From an uncultured Candidatus Rokubacteria bacterium (GTDB lineage Bacteria > Methylomirabilota > Methylomirabilia > Rokubacteriales > CSP1-6), in the NCBI GenBank assembly GCA_963707305.1, contig CAVPPZ010000004.1, positions 298,590 through 362,589 of the forward strand: a DNA stretch of 64,000 nucleotides. Direction: 5' to 3'. Position 1 is the first letter of the stretch; every line of letters starts with the position of its first letter. The notes under the pieces were generated by a model that made no database searches, had not been told where the DNA came from, and was given only the letters and a program-made list of their open reading frames with translations. Made by a program: the position numbers and the translations under genes. This document shows, piece after piece, positions 39,307-47,751 of the stretch.

Positions 39307-40317
39307 ATGCCGTTCGCCTATTACGCGCGGCTGAATCGCGCGCAGCAGGCGGTCTACCGCAAGAGCGACGCGATCACCGAAGTCCGCCTGTCACGTCCCG
39401 CCGAGCTCCACCCGCTCGTCGGGGCGCTGGACGTGGCGCTCCGCACCGAGGATCGCGCGGACACCCAGCGCGCCACCGATCGGCTCATCCGCGGCCTCAC
39501 CGAGGCGCTCGCCATTCCGGCCGTAAGGGTGGAGGTCCTCGCCGCGCGCCCGCACGCCAAGTGGGGCGAGCTGCACGGCCTCTACACGGCGGAGCGCGGC
39601 AAGATCCCGAAGATCCAGCTCTGGATGCGCACGGCCAAGCAGAAGCGGGTGGTGGCGTTCCGCACGTACATGCGCACGCTGCTGCACGAGGTCGGGCACC
39701 ACGTCGACTACACGCTGCTCCGGCTCGCCGACTCGTTCCACACCGAGGGCTTCTACAAGCGGGAGTCGAGCCTGTTCTATCAGCTCGTGCCCGAGGCGGC
39801 GCGCCAGGGCGGGCCGCCGAGCATCCGGTCGATCGACGAATGGGCCACGGCGCCGGTGGCCGAGCGCCTCGCCCGACTCGAACGCACGCCGTCGGACCTC
39901 GCCCGCCTCATGCGCGGCCAGGGCGACCCGGCGCTGTCACGGCGCCCGTCGCCGGACGCGTGGTCGGCAAAAGAGGTGGTCTGCCATCTCCGGGACGCCG
40001 AGGAGCATCTCAGTGGCTGGGTGACCCTCATCCTGACCATGGACGAGCCGGTCCTCGTGGAGGCGGGCACCGCCGCGCGCTGGGCCGAGGACCGTCAATA
40101 CGCGCGCCACCACGCGGGGGCGGCGTGGGACGCCTTCGGCCGGCGCCGGGACGAGACGCTGGCGCTGTTCGGCGGCCTCGCGCCGACGCAGTGGGAGCGA
40201 GGCGGGCATCACCGTCGGCGCGGACGGATGACCGTCGATGACTTGCTGAGCCTCATGACGTGGCACGACGACAACCACCTCGACCAGCTCCGACGAGCCT
40301 TGAAAGGAGAGCCGTGA
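39307..40317 (+). CDS. Fusion protein: N-terminal HExxH zincin-like domain (WLM/SprT/YgjP-like) + C-terminal DinB_2 domain
   Basis: TYMRTLLHEVGHHVDYTLLRLADSFHTEGFY (HExxH...H). C-terminal WSAKEVVCHLRDAEEHL...MTWHDDNHLDQLRRAL matches the next gene. Confidence 0.7.
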   Translation: MPFAYYARLNRAQQAVYRKSDAITEVRLSRPAELHPLVGALDVALRTEDRADTQRATDRLIRGLTEALAIPAVRVEVLAARPHAKWGELHGLYTAERGKIPKIQLWMRTAKQKRVVAFRTYMRTLLHEVGHHVDYTLLRLADSFHTEGFYKRESSLFYQLVPEAARQGGPPSIRSIDEWATAPVAERLARLERTPSDLARLMRGQGDPALSRRPSPDAWSAKEVVCHLRDAEEHLSGWVTLILTMDEPVLVEAGTAARWAEDRQYARHHAGAAWDAFGRRRDETLALFGGLAPTQWERGGHHRRRGRMTVDDLLSLMTWHDDNHLDQLRRALKGEP

Positions 40318-40808
40318 TGGCCACGATGGAGGAGTACGCCAAGCAGCCGAAGGAGCAGCGCCTGCAGCGTCTCGAGCGCACCGCCGACGAGCTTGCCGCG
40401 GCGATCAAGGGCCAGTCCGTCGGCGCCCTGACGAAGCGTCCCGACGCGAAGAACTGGGCGGGCGTCGAGGTCGTCTGCCACCTGCGCGACGTCGAGGAGG
40501 CGTTCGGCGCCCGGTTCCAGATGTTCCTGGCGATGGACGACGTGAAGCTGCTGCCCGCCGATCCCGACCGCTGGGCGGTCGACCGCCAGTACCTCCGGTG
40601 CGATGCCGGCGAGGCGGTCGAGGCGTTCAGGAAGCGCCGCGCGGAGACGCTGGAGCTCTACCGGACGCTGTCACCGGAGCAGTGGAAGCGCGGGGGCACG
40701 CACCCGCAGCGCGGCAAGATGACGTTCGAAGACTTCCTGAACCTCCTCTGCTTCCACGACGACAACCACCTGGACCAGCTCGGGCGCGCGCTCGCGGGCA
40801 AGGCCTGA
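40317..40808 (+). CDS. DinB_2 family protein (paralogue of the C-terminal domain of the upstream gene)
   Basis: RBS AAAGGAG, TGATG overlap. WAGVEVVCHLRDVEEAF...LLCFHDDNHLDQLGRAL. Confidence 0.8.
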   Translation: MATMEEYAKQPKEQRLQRLERTADELAAAIKGQSVGALTKRPDAKNWAGVEVVCHLRDVEEAFGARFQMFLAMDDVKLLPADPDRWAVDRQYLRCDAGEAVEAFRKRRAETLELYRTLSPEQWKRGGTHPQRGKMTFEDFLNLLCFHDDNHLDQLGRALAGKA

Positions 40809-40922
40809 GCTGCCATTGGCGGGTTGGAGGTTCCGCCTTGCTGCCATAGATGGCTGCGCCGCCCGCAGCGTTCACCGTGCTACGTGGTTCAAGAGAGATT
40901 GAGTTATGCGGAGTAGCGGACG

Positions 40923-41396
40923 ATGGAGATGACCAGCCTCGAGCGGCAGGCGATGGATTTCCTGTTGCGGGGCAACAACGAAACGCTTGCCATCCTAAGA
41001 GCGCAACTCGGAGCCTCTTCAGTGATCCGTCGGGAACTCACCGGCGTCGGCTTCTTCACGCACTTCGACGTCTTACCGGTGGCCGACAAGCTGCCCTCCC
41101 CAGGACGACTCACCATCCACGACGTGCACGCCACCCTGGCTGAAATCGAGTACCCGGTTGGCTTTGTTTTGTTCGTCGAGGCCGGCGCTGTTGACGCTCT
41201 CGAGGGCTTGCCTACAACGATAAGTGGCCCACTACGGCGACAATCACGCGCTTGTACTATGTCCGCCCTGTGCCTCCCTCCGCAGAAGGGGTTCTTCGGT
41301 CCTGGACAGAGACTGCGGAGCGCGACCTCTCTGGTAATCACCGCCCGGCATAACTCGCCGATGAAGCTGCCGGCGAAGCCTCCCTCGAAAGAATAG
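40923..41396 (+). CDS. Hypothetical protein in a lower-GC islet; true 3' end probably earlier (~41250)
   Basis: MEMTSLERQAMDFLLRGNNETLAILRAQLGASSVIRRELTGVGFFTHFDVLPVADKLPSPGRLTIHDVHATLAEIEYPVGFVLFVEAGAVDALEGL. Local base composition is visibly AT-richer than the flanks. Confidence 0.35.
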   Translation: MEMTSLERQAMDFLLRGNNETLAILRAQLGASSVIRRELTGVGFFTHFDVLPVADKLPSPGRLTIHDVHATLAEIEYPVGFVLFVEAGAVDALEGLPTTISGPLRRQSRACTMSALCLPPQKGFFGPGQRLRSATSLVITARHNSPMKLPAKPPSKE

Positions 41397-41517
41397 ACAC
41401 TTGTCGCTGACGATGGCGTCGCGCTGGCGAAAGGACGTGCGCGACGCGTGCTCCCCGAGAACGCGATCCTCGAGGAGGAGCAGCGACCACTTCGCCCTCA
41501 GGCTCCTGGAAGGAGAC

Positions 41518-41860
41518 GTGTCTGAAGATCCGAGTCCAGCGCATCACGTTTTTCGTCGAAGACCTCGACGCGGCCACGACGTACTACCGCGACACTCTCG
41601 GCCTCGGGGTGGCGGATGTCCGCGAGGGCTGGTCGTCCTTCCACGCGGCCGGGGATGTCGAGATCGCCTTTCACAGAGGCAAAGGGCGTCGTCCCCGCAT
41701 CGAGTTGCTCGTCGAGGGCGATCTGGGGCAAGCTCGCGCCCATTTGAATGAGCGGGGCGCTCGACTCGGCCCCTGCACGGAGGTGCGCGGCCGCGAGATC
41801 TGCGTCGGAAAGGACAAGGACGGGAACTCGGTCCAGCTGTCCTCCGACTCTACGCCCTAG
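41518..41860 (+). CDS. VOC/glyoxalase-family protein; start unclear (possible frameshift right after start)
   Basis: IRVQRITFFVEDLDAATTYYRDTLGLGVADVREGWSSFHAAGDVEIAFHRG...GREICVGKDKDGNSVQL. No ATG/GTG in frame upstream of the first beta-strand. Confidence 0.55.
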
Positions 41861-42798
41861 CTCCGGAGCGCGGGCGCGACGTCCGACATGAACCGGTCGA
41901 GCAGCGGGCGCGGGTCCTTCGGGAAGAACATCGACGGGACGAAGAGCTGTCCCACCCCGGCCTCACGGAGCTGGCCGAGCGTGTCCTGCACCTGCGCGAC
42001 GGAGCCGCCCAGGATCGTGTCCTGCGCGCGCGCCTCGTCGAAGCCCATGCGCCGCATCGACGCCTGACGCACCTTCTCCACGTCGGCCTTGTCGTCGCTG
42101 ATCACGAGCGGCATGACGGCGGAGCGCAGGATCTTCTTCGGATCGCGGCCCACGGCGGCGCAGTGCTGGTCGAGGATCGCGTTCTTCGCGCGGAGGATGC
42201 GCGGGCCGCCCCAGGTGTTCCAGTGGTCGGCGTGCTTGGCGGCGATCTTCAGCGTGACCTTCTCGCCGCCGCCCCCGATGAGCAGCTCGGGATGCGGCTG
42301 CTGCACGGGCTTCGGGTTCGCGGGCGCGTCGTCGAGCTGGTAGAACCGCCCCTTGAACGTCGAGCGGTCCTGCGTCCACAGCATCTTCAGCACCTGGCAG
42401 GCCTCGTCGAGCCGCGCCAGGCGCTCGCCCACCGTGTAGAAGGGAATGCCGTAGGCCTGGTGCTCGTTCTGCTGCCAGGCGCCGCCGATCCCCGCGATCA
42501 GCCGGCCGCCCGAGACGACGTCGATGGTGGTCAGCGTCTTGGCGAGCACCGCGGGATGGCGATACGTGTTGCCGAGCACGATGGTCCCCAGGCGGATGCG
42601 CGGCACGAGGCCTGCGAGCGCCGCCAGGGTGCCGAGGCATTCGAGGTTGTCGCCCACCCGGTCGGGCGTGTTCGGCATGAAGTGATCGGTGAGGCACGCC
42701 GCGTCCCAGCCGGTGGCCTCCGCGTGCTTCGTGAGGCCGAGGACGGCGTTCCAGATCGTGTTGCCGAGCCCGACGAACAGCGCGAACTTCATGCTCAA
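41857..42798 (-). CDS. LLM-class F420/flavin-dependent oxidoreductase (luciferase-like monooxygenase)
   Basis: GWDAACLTDHFMP, RIRLGTIVLGNTYRHPAVLAK, SGGRLIAGIGGAWQQNEHQAYG. Confidence 0.8.
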   Translation of the reverse strand: MSMKFALFVGLGNTIWNAVLGLTKHAEATGWDAACLTDHFMPNTPDRVGDNLECLGTLAALAGLVPRIRLGTIVLGNTYRHPAVLAKTLTTIDVVSGGRLIAGIGGAWQQNEHQAYGIPFYTVGERLARLDEACQVLKMLWTQDRSTFKGRFYQLDDAPANPKPVQQPHPELLIGGGGEKVTLKIAAKHADHWNTWGGPRILRAKNAILDQHCAAVGRDPKKILRSAVMPLVISDDKADVEKVRQASMRRMGFDEARAQDTILGGSVAQVQDTLGQLREAGVGQLFVPSMFFPKDPRPLLDRFMSDVAPALRS

Positions 42799-42816
42799 TC
42801 CTCCGGAATGCGGCCG

Positions 42817-43083
42817 CTAGTAGCGGCGGCCGCCTTGGGGGCGTAGCGGATCCATCGGCTTGGTTTGCGTGTCTTCCTTCGTGGGATTCATCGGAATCCA
42901 GCCGCGCTGGCGCATGCAGGAGTCGTCGAGATCGCCCTTGCGGGAGCAGTCCCGGTAGTCGCGCTGGAGGTCTTCCTTCGAGTAGCGCCGATCGACCTTC
43001 ATCCACTCGCGGTCGTCGAGCGAGCCACAGCCTGTGAGGAACAGGGCGCCGAGCCCGAGCAGGAGGACGACCCACCGTGACAT
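42817..43083 (-). CDS. Small lipoprotein
   Basis: MSRWVVLLLGLGALFLTGC (lipobox LTGC), balanced composition. Confidence 0.6.
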   Translation of the reverse strand: MSRWVVLLLGLGALFLTGCGSLDDREWMKVDRRYSKEDLQRDYRDCSRKGDLDDSCMRQRGWIPMNPTKEDTQTKPMDPLRPQGGRRY

Positions 43084-43127
43084 GCCGGGCGATTGTACCC
43101 CGGTGTACGATCGGCTTAGGAGCCCGC

Positions 43128-43829
43128 ATGGAAAGCCGCTGGGGAGAGGGCGTCTGGGGTGCGCTCACCGCGCTCGGTGACCGGCTGGCCGTGCTCGGCC
43201 CCGCCCTACTCGTCGCGATCACGCTGATCGGCCTCGGCCTGCTGCTGGGCGCCATCCTGCGCGCACTGGTCAGCCGGATCGCCCGCGGTGTCGGCTTCGA
43301 CCATCTCATGGAGCGCTGGGGCATGGGCGCGTCGCTCCGCGGCTCCGGCGTGTTCCGTACGCCCTCGGACGCGCTGGGCGTGTTCCTCTTCTGGGCCACG
43401 TTCGTCGTCTTCGCGAGCCTCGGCATCGATGCCCTGGGCATCGCCGGCGGCGGCGCCACCGCGTTCCTGGCCGGCTTCGTTCCGCCCCTGTTCGCCGCCG
43501 TCCTCATCCTGATCGTCGGCTGGCTCGTCGCGAACTTCCTGAGCCAGGGCCTCCTGATCGCCGCCGTCAACCGGGGCCTCCCCGAAGCGCGCCTGCTCGC
43601 GCGTGCCGTGCACTGGGGTGTCCTGCTCTTCGCGGTGGCGACCGCGCTGACGCACCTCGGCATCGGCAAGGAGATGGTGCTGGTCGCGTTCGGGATCACG
43701 TTCGGCGGGCTCGTCTTCGCGCTCGCGCTCGCGTTCGGGCTGGGCGGCCGCAGGCTCGCGCGCGAGCTGCTGGAGCGCCGGCTACGCCGCGAGGGTCCGC
43801 CGGCGCAGGAGCGGCTCACCCACCTCTAA
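43128..43829 (+). CDS. Hypothetical polytopic membrane protein
   Basis: AGGAG RBS then ATG. At least 5 hydrophobic helices (LLVAITLIGLGLLLGAIL, VFLFWATFVVFASLGI, LIVGWLVANFL, LLFAVATALTHLGI, FGGLVFALALAF). Confidence 0.55.
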   Translation: MESRWGEGVWGALTALGDRLAVLGPALLVAITLIGLGLLLGAILRALVSRIARGVGFDHLMERWGMGASLRGSGVFRTPSDALGVFLFWATFVVFASLGIDALGIAGGGATAFLAGFVPPLFAAVLILIVGWLVANFLSQGLLIAAVNRGLPEARLLARAVHWGVLLFAVATALTHLGIGKEMVLVAFGITFGGLVFALALAFGLGGRRLARELLERRLRREGPPAQERLTHL

Positions 43830-44957
43830 GCTCGGAGGGGGGATCGCGGCTTCGCCCCCCTTCAGACGGGGCGCATGAAGACGTAGCCGATGCCCGTGCG
43901 CTCCAGCCAGACACGGGACAGCTCGTCCACGGCGATAGCGGCGACGGACCTCGGCCGGCGTCGGGGCCGCCGGGTCGTTCACCAGGACCTCGTCGCCATC
44001 CAGGCCCGTGATCACGATGAGGTGGCCCGTGGTTTCGGGGATCGCCGCGTGGCTCAGCTCGCCCGCCTTGTACCGCACCGACGCCACGATCGGCAGGCCG
44101 CGTGTGAGACACCACGCGGCCGCCTCCCAGTCGGGGAAACGCAACAGATAGCCGAGGACGCCGTACGTCGCCGCCGCGCGGATCGCGGCCGGCCACACCC
44201 CGTACCGATCCGTCGCCGCGTGGAAGACCGCCTCGGCGAGCACGGGCGTGGGCACCGCGCATCCGAGGTGCTCGAGCGCCATCGCGACGCTGGTCGGCGA
44301 ACAGATCCGGAGTCGGATGTCCTCGGCCTCGGTCATCTGCGTCCGCGCCGGGACCTCGAGGCTGACCGCGGGACTGGTCGTCGTCAGGTCCCCGAGCGCA
44401 CCGTCCCAGGCGGACAAGGTCACCAGCCACGGCACGTCGACGATCGCCTCCGCCTCCGGCCCCGCGACGCGGATGTGCAGACGCACCGCGTCGACCGGCG
44501 GCGTCGCGCACACTTCGTCGATATCGGCGCTGAAGCCGTCGATGCCCGCGGGCATCGGGGCGAACGCATGCGCGCCCAGCGGCGCCGTGCCGATCCACGG
44601 GGACCACGTGCCCGCGCGTCGCGCGGAGAGCTCGAACCGCACGCTCGGCGCCCGGGGCATCAGCAGCGCCAGCGCCGGGACCAGGTGACGGGCCGGCGTG
44701 CGGGGCGCCCACGGCCCGAACTCCAGCACGAGATCCCGGCCGTCGCGACGCGGCGCCGGCGCGGGCGTGAGCTCGCGGCGCACCGAGGGCGGGATCGCGT
44801 CGGCCACGGCGCGGGCGTCGAGCTGAGAGGTGGCCGCGAAAAGGTCCGTCACGGGCACTGGCCGTCCAAGGTTGGGAACGAAACTACCACGCGCTCGTCG
44901 ACGCACCGCCGAAGTCCCTGGTTCCTGGACGGGCACCTCGCGGCATTTTGCTTGCAC
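43782..44957 (-). CDS. Protein with C-terminal papain-like Peptidase_C39_2 (BtrH_N-type) domain and ~200-aa N-terminal region of unknown function; C-terminus uncertain
   Basis: RICSPTSVAMALEHLGCAV, YGVWPAAIRAAATYGV, GHLIVITGLDGDEVLVNDPAAP. The last ~25 codons translate the GC hairpin and overlap the convergent gene, so the real stop is probably upstream. Confidence 0.55.
   Translation of the reverse strand: MQAKCREVPVQEPGTSAVRRRARGSFVPNLGRPVPVTDLFAATSQLDARAVADAIPPSVRRELTPAPAPRRDGRDLVLEFGPWAPRTPARHLVPALALLMPRAPSVRFELSARRAGTWSPWIGTAPLGAHAFAPMPAGIDGFSADIDEVCATPPVDAVRLHIRVAGPEAEAIVDVPWLVTLSAWDGALGDLTTTSPAVSLEVPARTQMTEAEDIRLRICSPTSVAMALEHLGCAVPTPVLAEAVFHAATDRYGVWPAAIRAAATYGVLGYLLRFPDWEAAAWCLTRGLPIVASVRYKAGELSHAAIPETTGHLIVITGLDGDEVLVNDPAAPTPAEVRRRYRRGRAVPCLAGAHGHRLRLHAPRLKGGEAAIPPPSLEVGEPLLRRRTLAA
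43834..43863. repeat. GC hairpin related to the 56226/58875 element (GGAGGGGGG-atcgcggcttcg-CCCCCCTTC)
   Basis: Read directly. Sits between convergent genes. Confidence 0.4.
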
Positions 44958-44985
44958 CTGTACACCCTACCCTCGAAAGGAGCGG

Positions 44986-45174
44986 CCATGACCTTCGGCA
45001 AATGTGTGTGGGACGGTTGCACCCGCCATGCGGAAAAACCGACGACCAGCGCCTGCCGCGCACACCACGTCACGATTCGCGACCACCGGTGCGAGAAGTG
45101 CCAGGGGCCGCTCACGAGCTCGCGCGAGGTCGACGCCCGGCGCTGCCGCCGCTGCGCGGCCAGCCGCGCCGCCT
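44986..45174 (+). CDS. 62-aa Cys-rich zinc-ribbon-like protein
   Basis: Strong RBS GAAAGGAG then ATG. MTFGKCVWDGCTRHAEKPTTSACRAHHVTIRDHRCEKCQGPLTSSREVDARRCRRCAA (CxxxxC...C...H...CxxC...CxxC). Confidence 0.5.
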
Positions 45175-45315
45175 GACCGACGGCCTGTTCCCTCCGCCGC
45201 CGTCTTGCTGCAGCCTCACGACACCGCCGTGTGTCCGGGCTGCATAGCAGCGCCCGTACGCCCGCACGAAACCGCCCGTTCCAGGCCTGGCATTCGCGTT
45301 GCACCTTTGAGGGGC

Positions 45316-45492
45316 ATGCTGCCAGACCCTGAGTTCCACGACGACCTTCCGGAAGGCGCGGTCGACGCCGAGGTCCACCGCTTCACCGTGCAGCGGGGCA
45401 TGGCGGTGGCGCTGGTGATCGAGACGCGCGATTGGTACTCGGGGTTGCTTCAGGCGTCGATGGCGCGGGTGCGCATCGAAGGGCAGAACTGA
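45316..45492 (+). CDS. 59-aa hypothetical protein
   Basis: MLPDPEFHDDLPEGAVDAEVHRFTVQRGMAVALVIETRDWYSGLLQASMARVRIEGQN. Weak RBS. Confidence 0.3.
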   Translation: MLPDPEFHDDLPEGAVDAEVHRFTVQRGMAVALVIETRDWYSGLLQASMARVRIEGQN

Positions 45493-45847
45493 CGGTCGAG
45501 GTTCAGTCAGTCGGGGGGGTGGGCGGCGCGGAGGCCGCCCACGACCACCCCTGTTACGTGTGCGCAGCGTCCGCTGCGCGGCCCGACGTGCGTCGGGACC
45601 TTGTCCTGCTCGATCCCGTGGCGTCGCCCGAAGCCGCTAGCAAGCGTCGCGCGACGCGGTCTCTGAGTCCGGTGGCGTCTGCTCCATCCACACCTCCTGG
45701 ATCGGAGTCTCGGCCACGATGGAGACGGCGACGGCGCCGATGCAGATTGTCGCCGCCCATCACCCTCTTCGTACGCCCGCCGGCCGGTGCCGTCAAGCGC
45801 CGTTGAAGATGGGGGCCCCGCAACTGACGGACCCCCCAAGCCCCCTC

Positions 45848-46777
45848 CTACGCGCCTCGGAGGCGGGGATCGAGCACGTCGCGGAGCGCGTCACCGAGCA
45901 TGTTGAACGCGAACACGGCGAGCGAGATCGCCACGCCCGGCCACACCGCCATCCACGGCGCGCGGTACATGTACGTGCGGCCCGAGCCCGACAGCATCGA
46001 GCCCCACGACGGGTACGGCGGCGGCACGCCGAAGCCGAGGAACGAGAGCGCGGATTCCGCGAGGATGATGCCGCCGAGCCCGATGGTGGCGAGGATGATG
46101 ATGGTCGCGGTCACGTTCGGCATGATGTGGCACAACACGATGCGCGCGTGCCCGCAGCCCATCGCGCGCGCCGCCTCCACGTACGCGTTCTGCGCGATCG
46201 CGATGGTGGCGCCGCGGATGACGCGCGAGCCGGTGGCGGCGACGATGATCGACAGCGACAGGATCACGTTGAACAGGCCGGGCCCGAGCACCGCCATCAC
46301 CGACAGGATGATGACGAGGTACGGAAAGGACATCCACGCGTCAACGATGCGCTGCACGACCAGGTCGTACTTCCCGCCGAAATAGCCGCTGGTGACGCCG
46401 AGCGCGGCGGCGGCGGCGGTGCCCAGCAGGATCGTGGCGAAGCCGATCGTGATGGAGACACGCGCGCCGTAGATGATGCGGCTCGCGATGTCACGGCTCA
46501 GGTTGTCGGTTCCGAGCCAGTGCTTGGCGCTCGGCGGCGTCATGCGCGCGCCGCGCACGCTCTCATCGTAGCCGTAGGGCGCGATGGACTCGGCGAACAC
46601 GGTCATCACGAGCATCGCGACCACGATCAGCCCACTGAACGCGCCGATCGGCTTGCGCCTCGCGAAGAACCACAGCGCCCGTCCGATCGCCCCGAGGCGC
46701 GAGCGTTCGGGCCGCTGCACGGCCGCCTTGCTTCGTTCGAGCGCAGGCTCGACCCGCGCCGCTACATTACCGGCCAC
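45848..46777 (-). CDS. Dpp/Opp-type ABC permease (DppC-like), intact
   Basis: N-terminal TM then ...SRIIYGARVSITIGFATIL...FPYLVIILSVMAVLGPG...AESALSFLGFGVPPP...NMLGDALRDVLDPRLR. Confidence 0.85.
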   Translation of the reverse strand: MAGNVAARVEPALERSKAAVQRPERSRLGAIGRALWFFARRKPIGAFSGLIVVAMLVMTVFAESIAPYGYDESVRGARMTPPSAKHWLGTDNLSRDIASRIIYGARVSITIGFATILLGTAAAAALGVTSGYFGGKYDLVVQRIVDAWMSFPYLVIILSVMAVLGPGLFNVILSLSIIVAATGSRVIRGATIAIAQNAYVEAARAMGCGHARIVLCHIMPNVTATIIILATIGLGGIILAESALSFLGFGVPPPYPSWGSMLSGSGRTYMYRAPWMAVWPGVAISLAVFAFNMLGDALRDVLDPRLRGA

Positions 46778-46796
46778 CGGAGCCCCCCTCCGAGTT

Positions 46797-47741
46797 TCAG
46801 TAGCGGATCCGTGGATCCAGCACCGCGTAGAGCGCGTCCACGGCCAGGTTGACGAGCACGATGAACGACACGACCACGAGGTTGACGCCCTGGATCACCG
46901 GGTAGTCGCGCTGGTTGATGGCATCGAAGAGAAAGCGGCTCATGCCCGGCAGGCCGAAGATCGTCTCGATGACGACGGTGCCGCCGATCACCTGTGGGAG
47001 CTGCGTGCCGATGTACGTGATGACCGGGATGATCGCGTTGCGCAGCCCGTGCTTCAGGATGATCACCCGTTCGCGGAGTCCCTTCGACCAGGCCGTGCGC
47101 ACGTAGTCCTGACGGAGCACCTCGAGCAGCATGCCGCGCGTGAGCCGCATCATCGCCGCCGCGAACGCGATCCCGAGGATGACGGCGGGCAGGAGCATCT
47201 GGATGATGTGGCCGGTGACATCCTTCGAGATCTCGACGTAGCCCGTGAGCGGGCGCCAGCCCCACCAGATGGCGGGGAGCACGATCACGAGCGTGGCCAG
47301 CCAGAATCCAGGCACCGACAGCCCGAGGATGGCGGCGCTGCGGAAGGTGTAGTCCTGGGCCGTGTCCTGCCGCGCGGCCGCGATGACCCCGACGGGCACC
47401 GCGATGACGAGCGCCACCACCAGCGACAGCAGCGCCAGCTCCAGCGTGATCGGCAGCCGTTGCCCGATCTCCTCCAGCACCGGCCGCCTGGTCCACAGCG
47501 ACTCGCCGAGGTCGCCGGTGACGGCGCGCCCCAGCCACTCGAAGTACTGCACGTAGATCGGCCGGTTCAGCCCGAGCTTCGCGCGCAGCTCCTCGAGGTC
47601 CTTCGCGTAGGCCTTCTCCTCGAGCATCATCGCCACCACGTCGCCGGGGATCAGCCGCGGCAGCGTGAAGACGATGAGCGAAGCGATCAGCAGCGACGGG
47701 ATCGCCACCACCAACCGCTTCGCCAGGTACCGTCTCAGCAT
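46797..47741 (-). CDS. Dpp/Opp-type ABC permease (DppB-like), intact
   Basis: MLRRYLAKRLVVAIPSLLIASLIVF, VPGFWLATLVIVL, VRTAWSKGLRERV, IETIFGLPGM, AVLDPRIRY. Confidence 0.85.
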   Translation of the reverse strand: MLRRYLAKRLVVAIPSLLIASLIVFTLPRLIPGDVVAMMLEEKAYAKDLEELRAKLGLNRPIYVQYFEWLGRAVTGDLGESLWTRRPVLEEIGQRLPITLELALLSLVVALVIAVPVGVIAAARQDTAQDYTFRSAAILGLSVPGFWLATLVIVLPAIWWGWRPLTGYVEISKDVTGHIIQMLLPAVILGIAFAAAMMRLTRGMLLEVLRQDYVRTAWSKGLRERVIILKHGLRNAIIPVITYIGTQLPQVIGGTVVIETIFGLPGMSRFLFDAINQRDYPVIQGVNLVVVSFIVLVNLAVDALYAVLDPRIRY

Positions 47742-47751
47742 CGGCGGACAC

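Noticed and set aside
40810-40930. Looked for a tRNA or integration site at the edge of the lower-GC islet
   Set aside because: No cloverleaf-compatible sequence (no GTTCRANYC T-loop, no acceptor-stem complementarity) found by eye here or elsewhere in the window. CRISPR-like regularly spaced repeats are also absent.
43890-45176. 428-aa plus-strand ORF
   Set aside because: Antisense to the C39-like gene for most of its length. Only the final 62 codons from the ATG at 44986, the zinc-ribbon protein, are credible.
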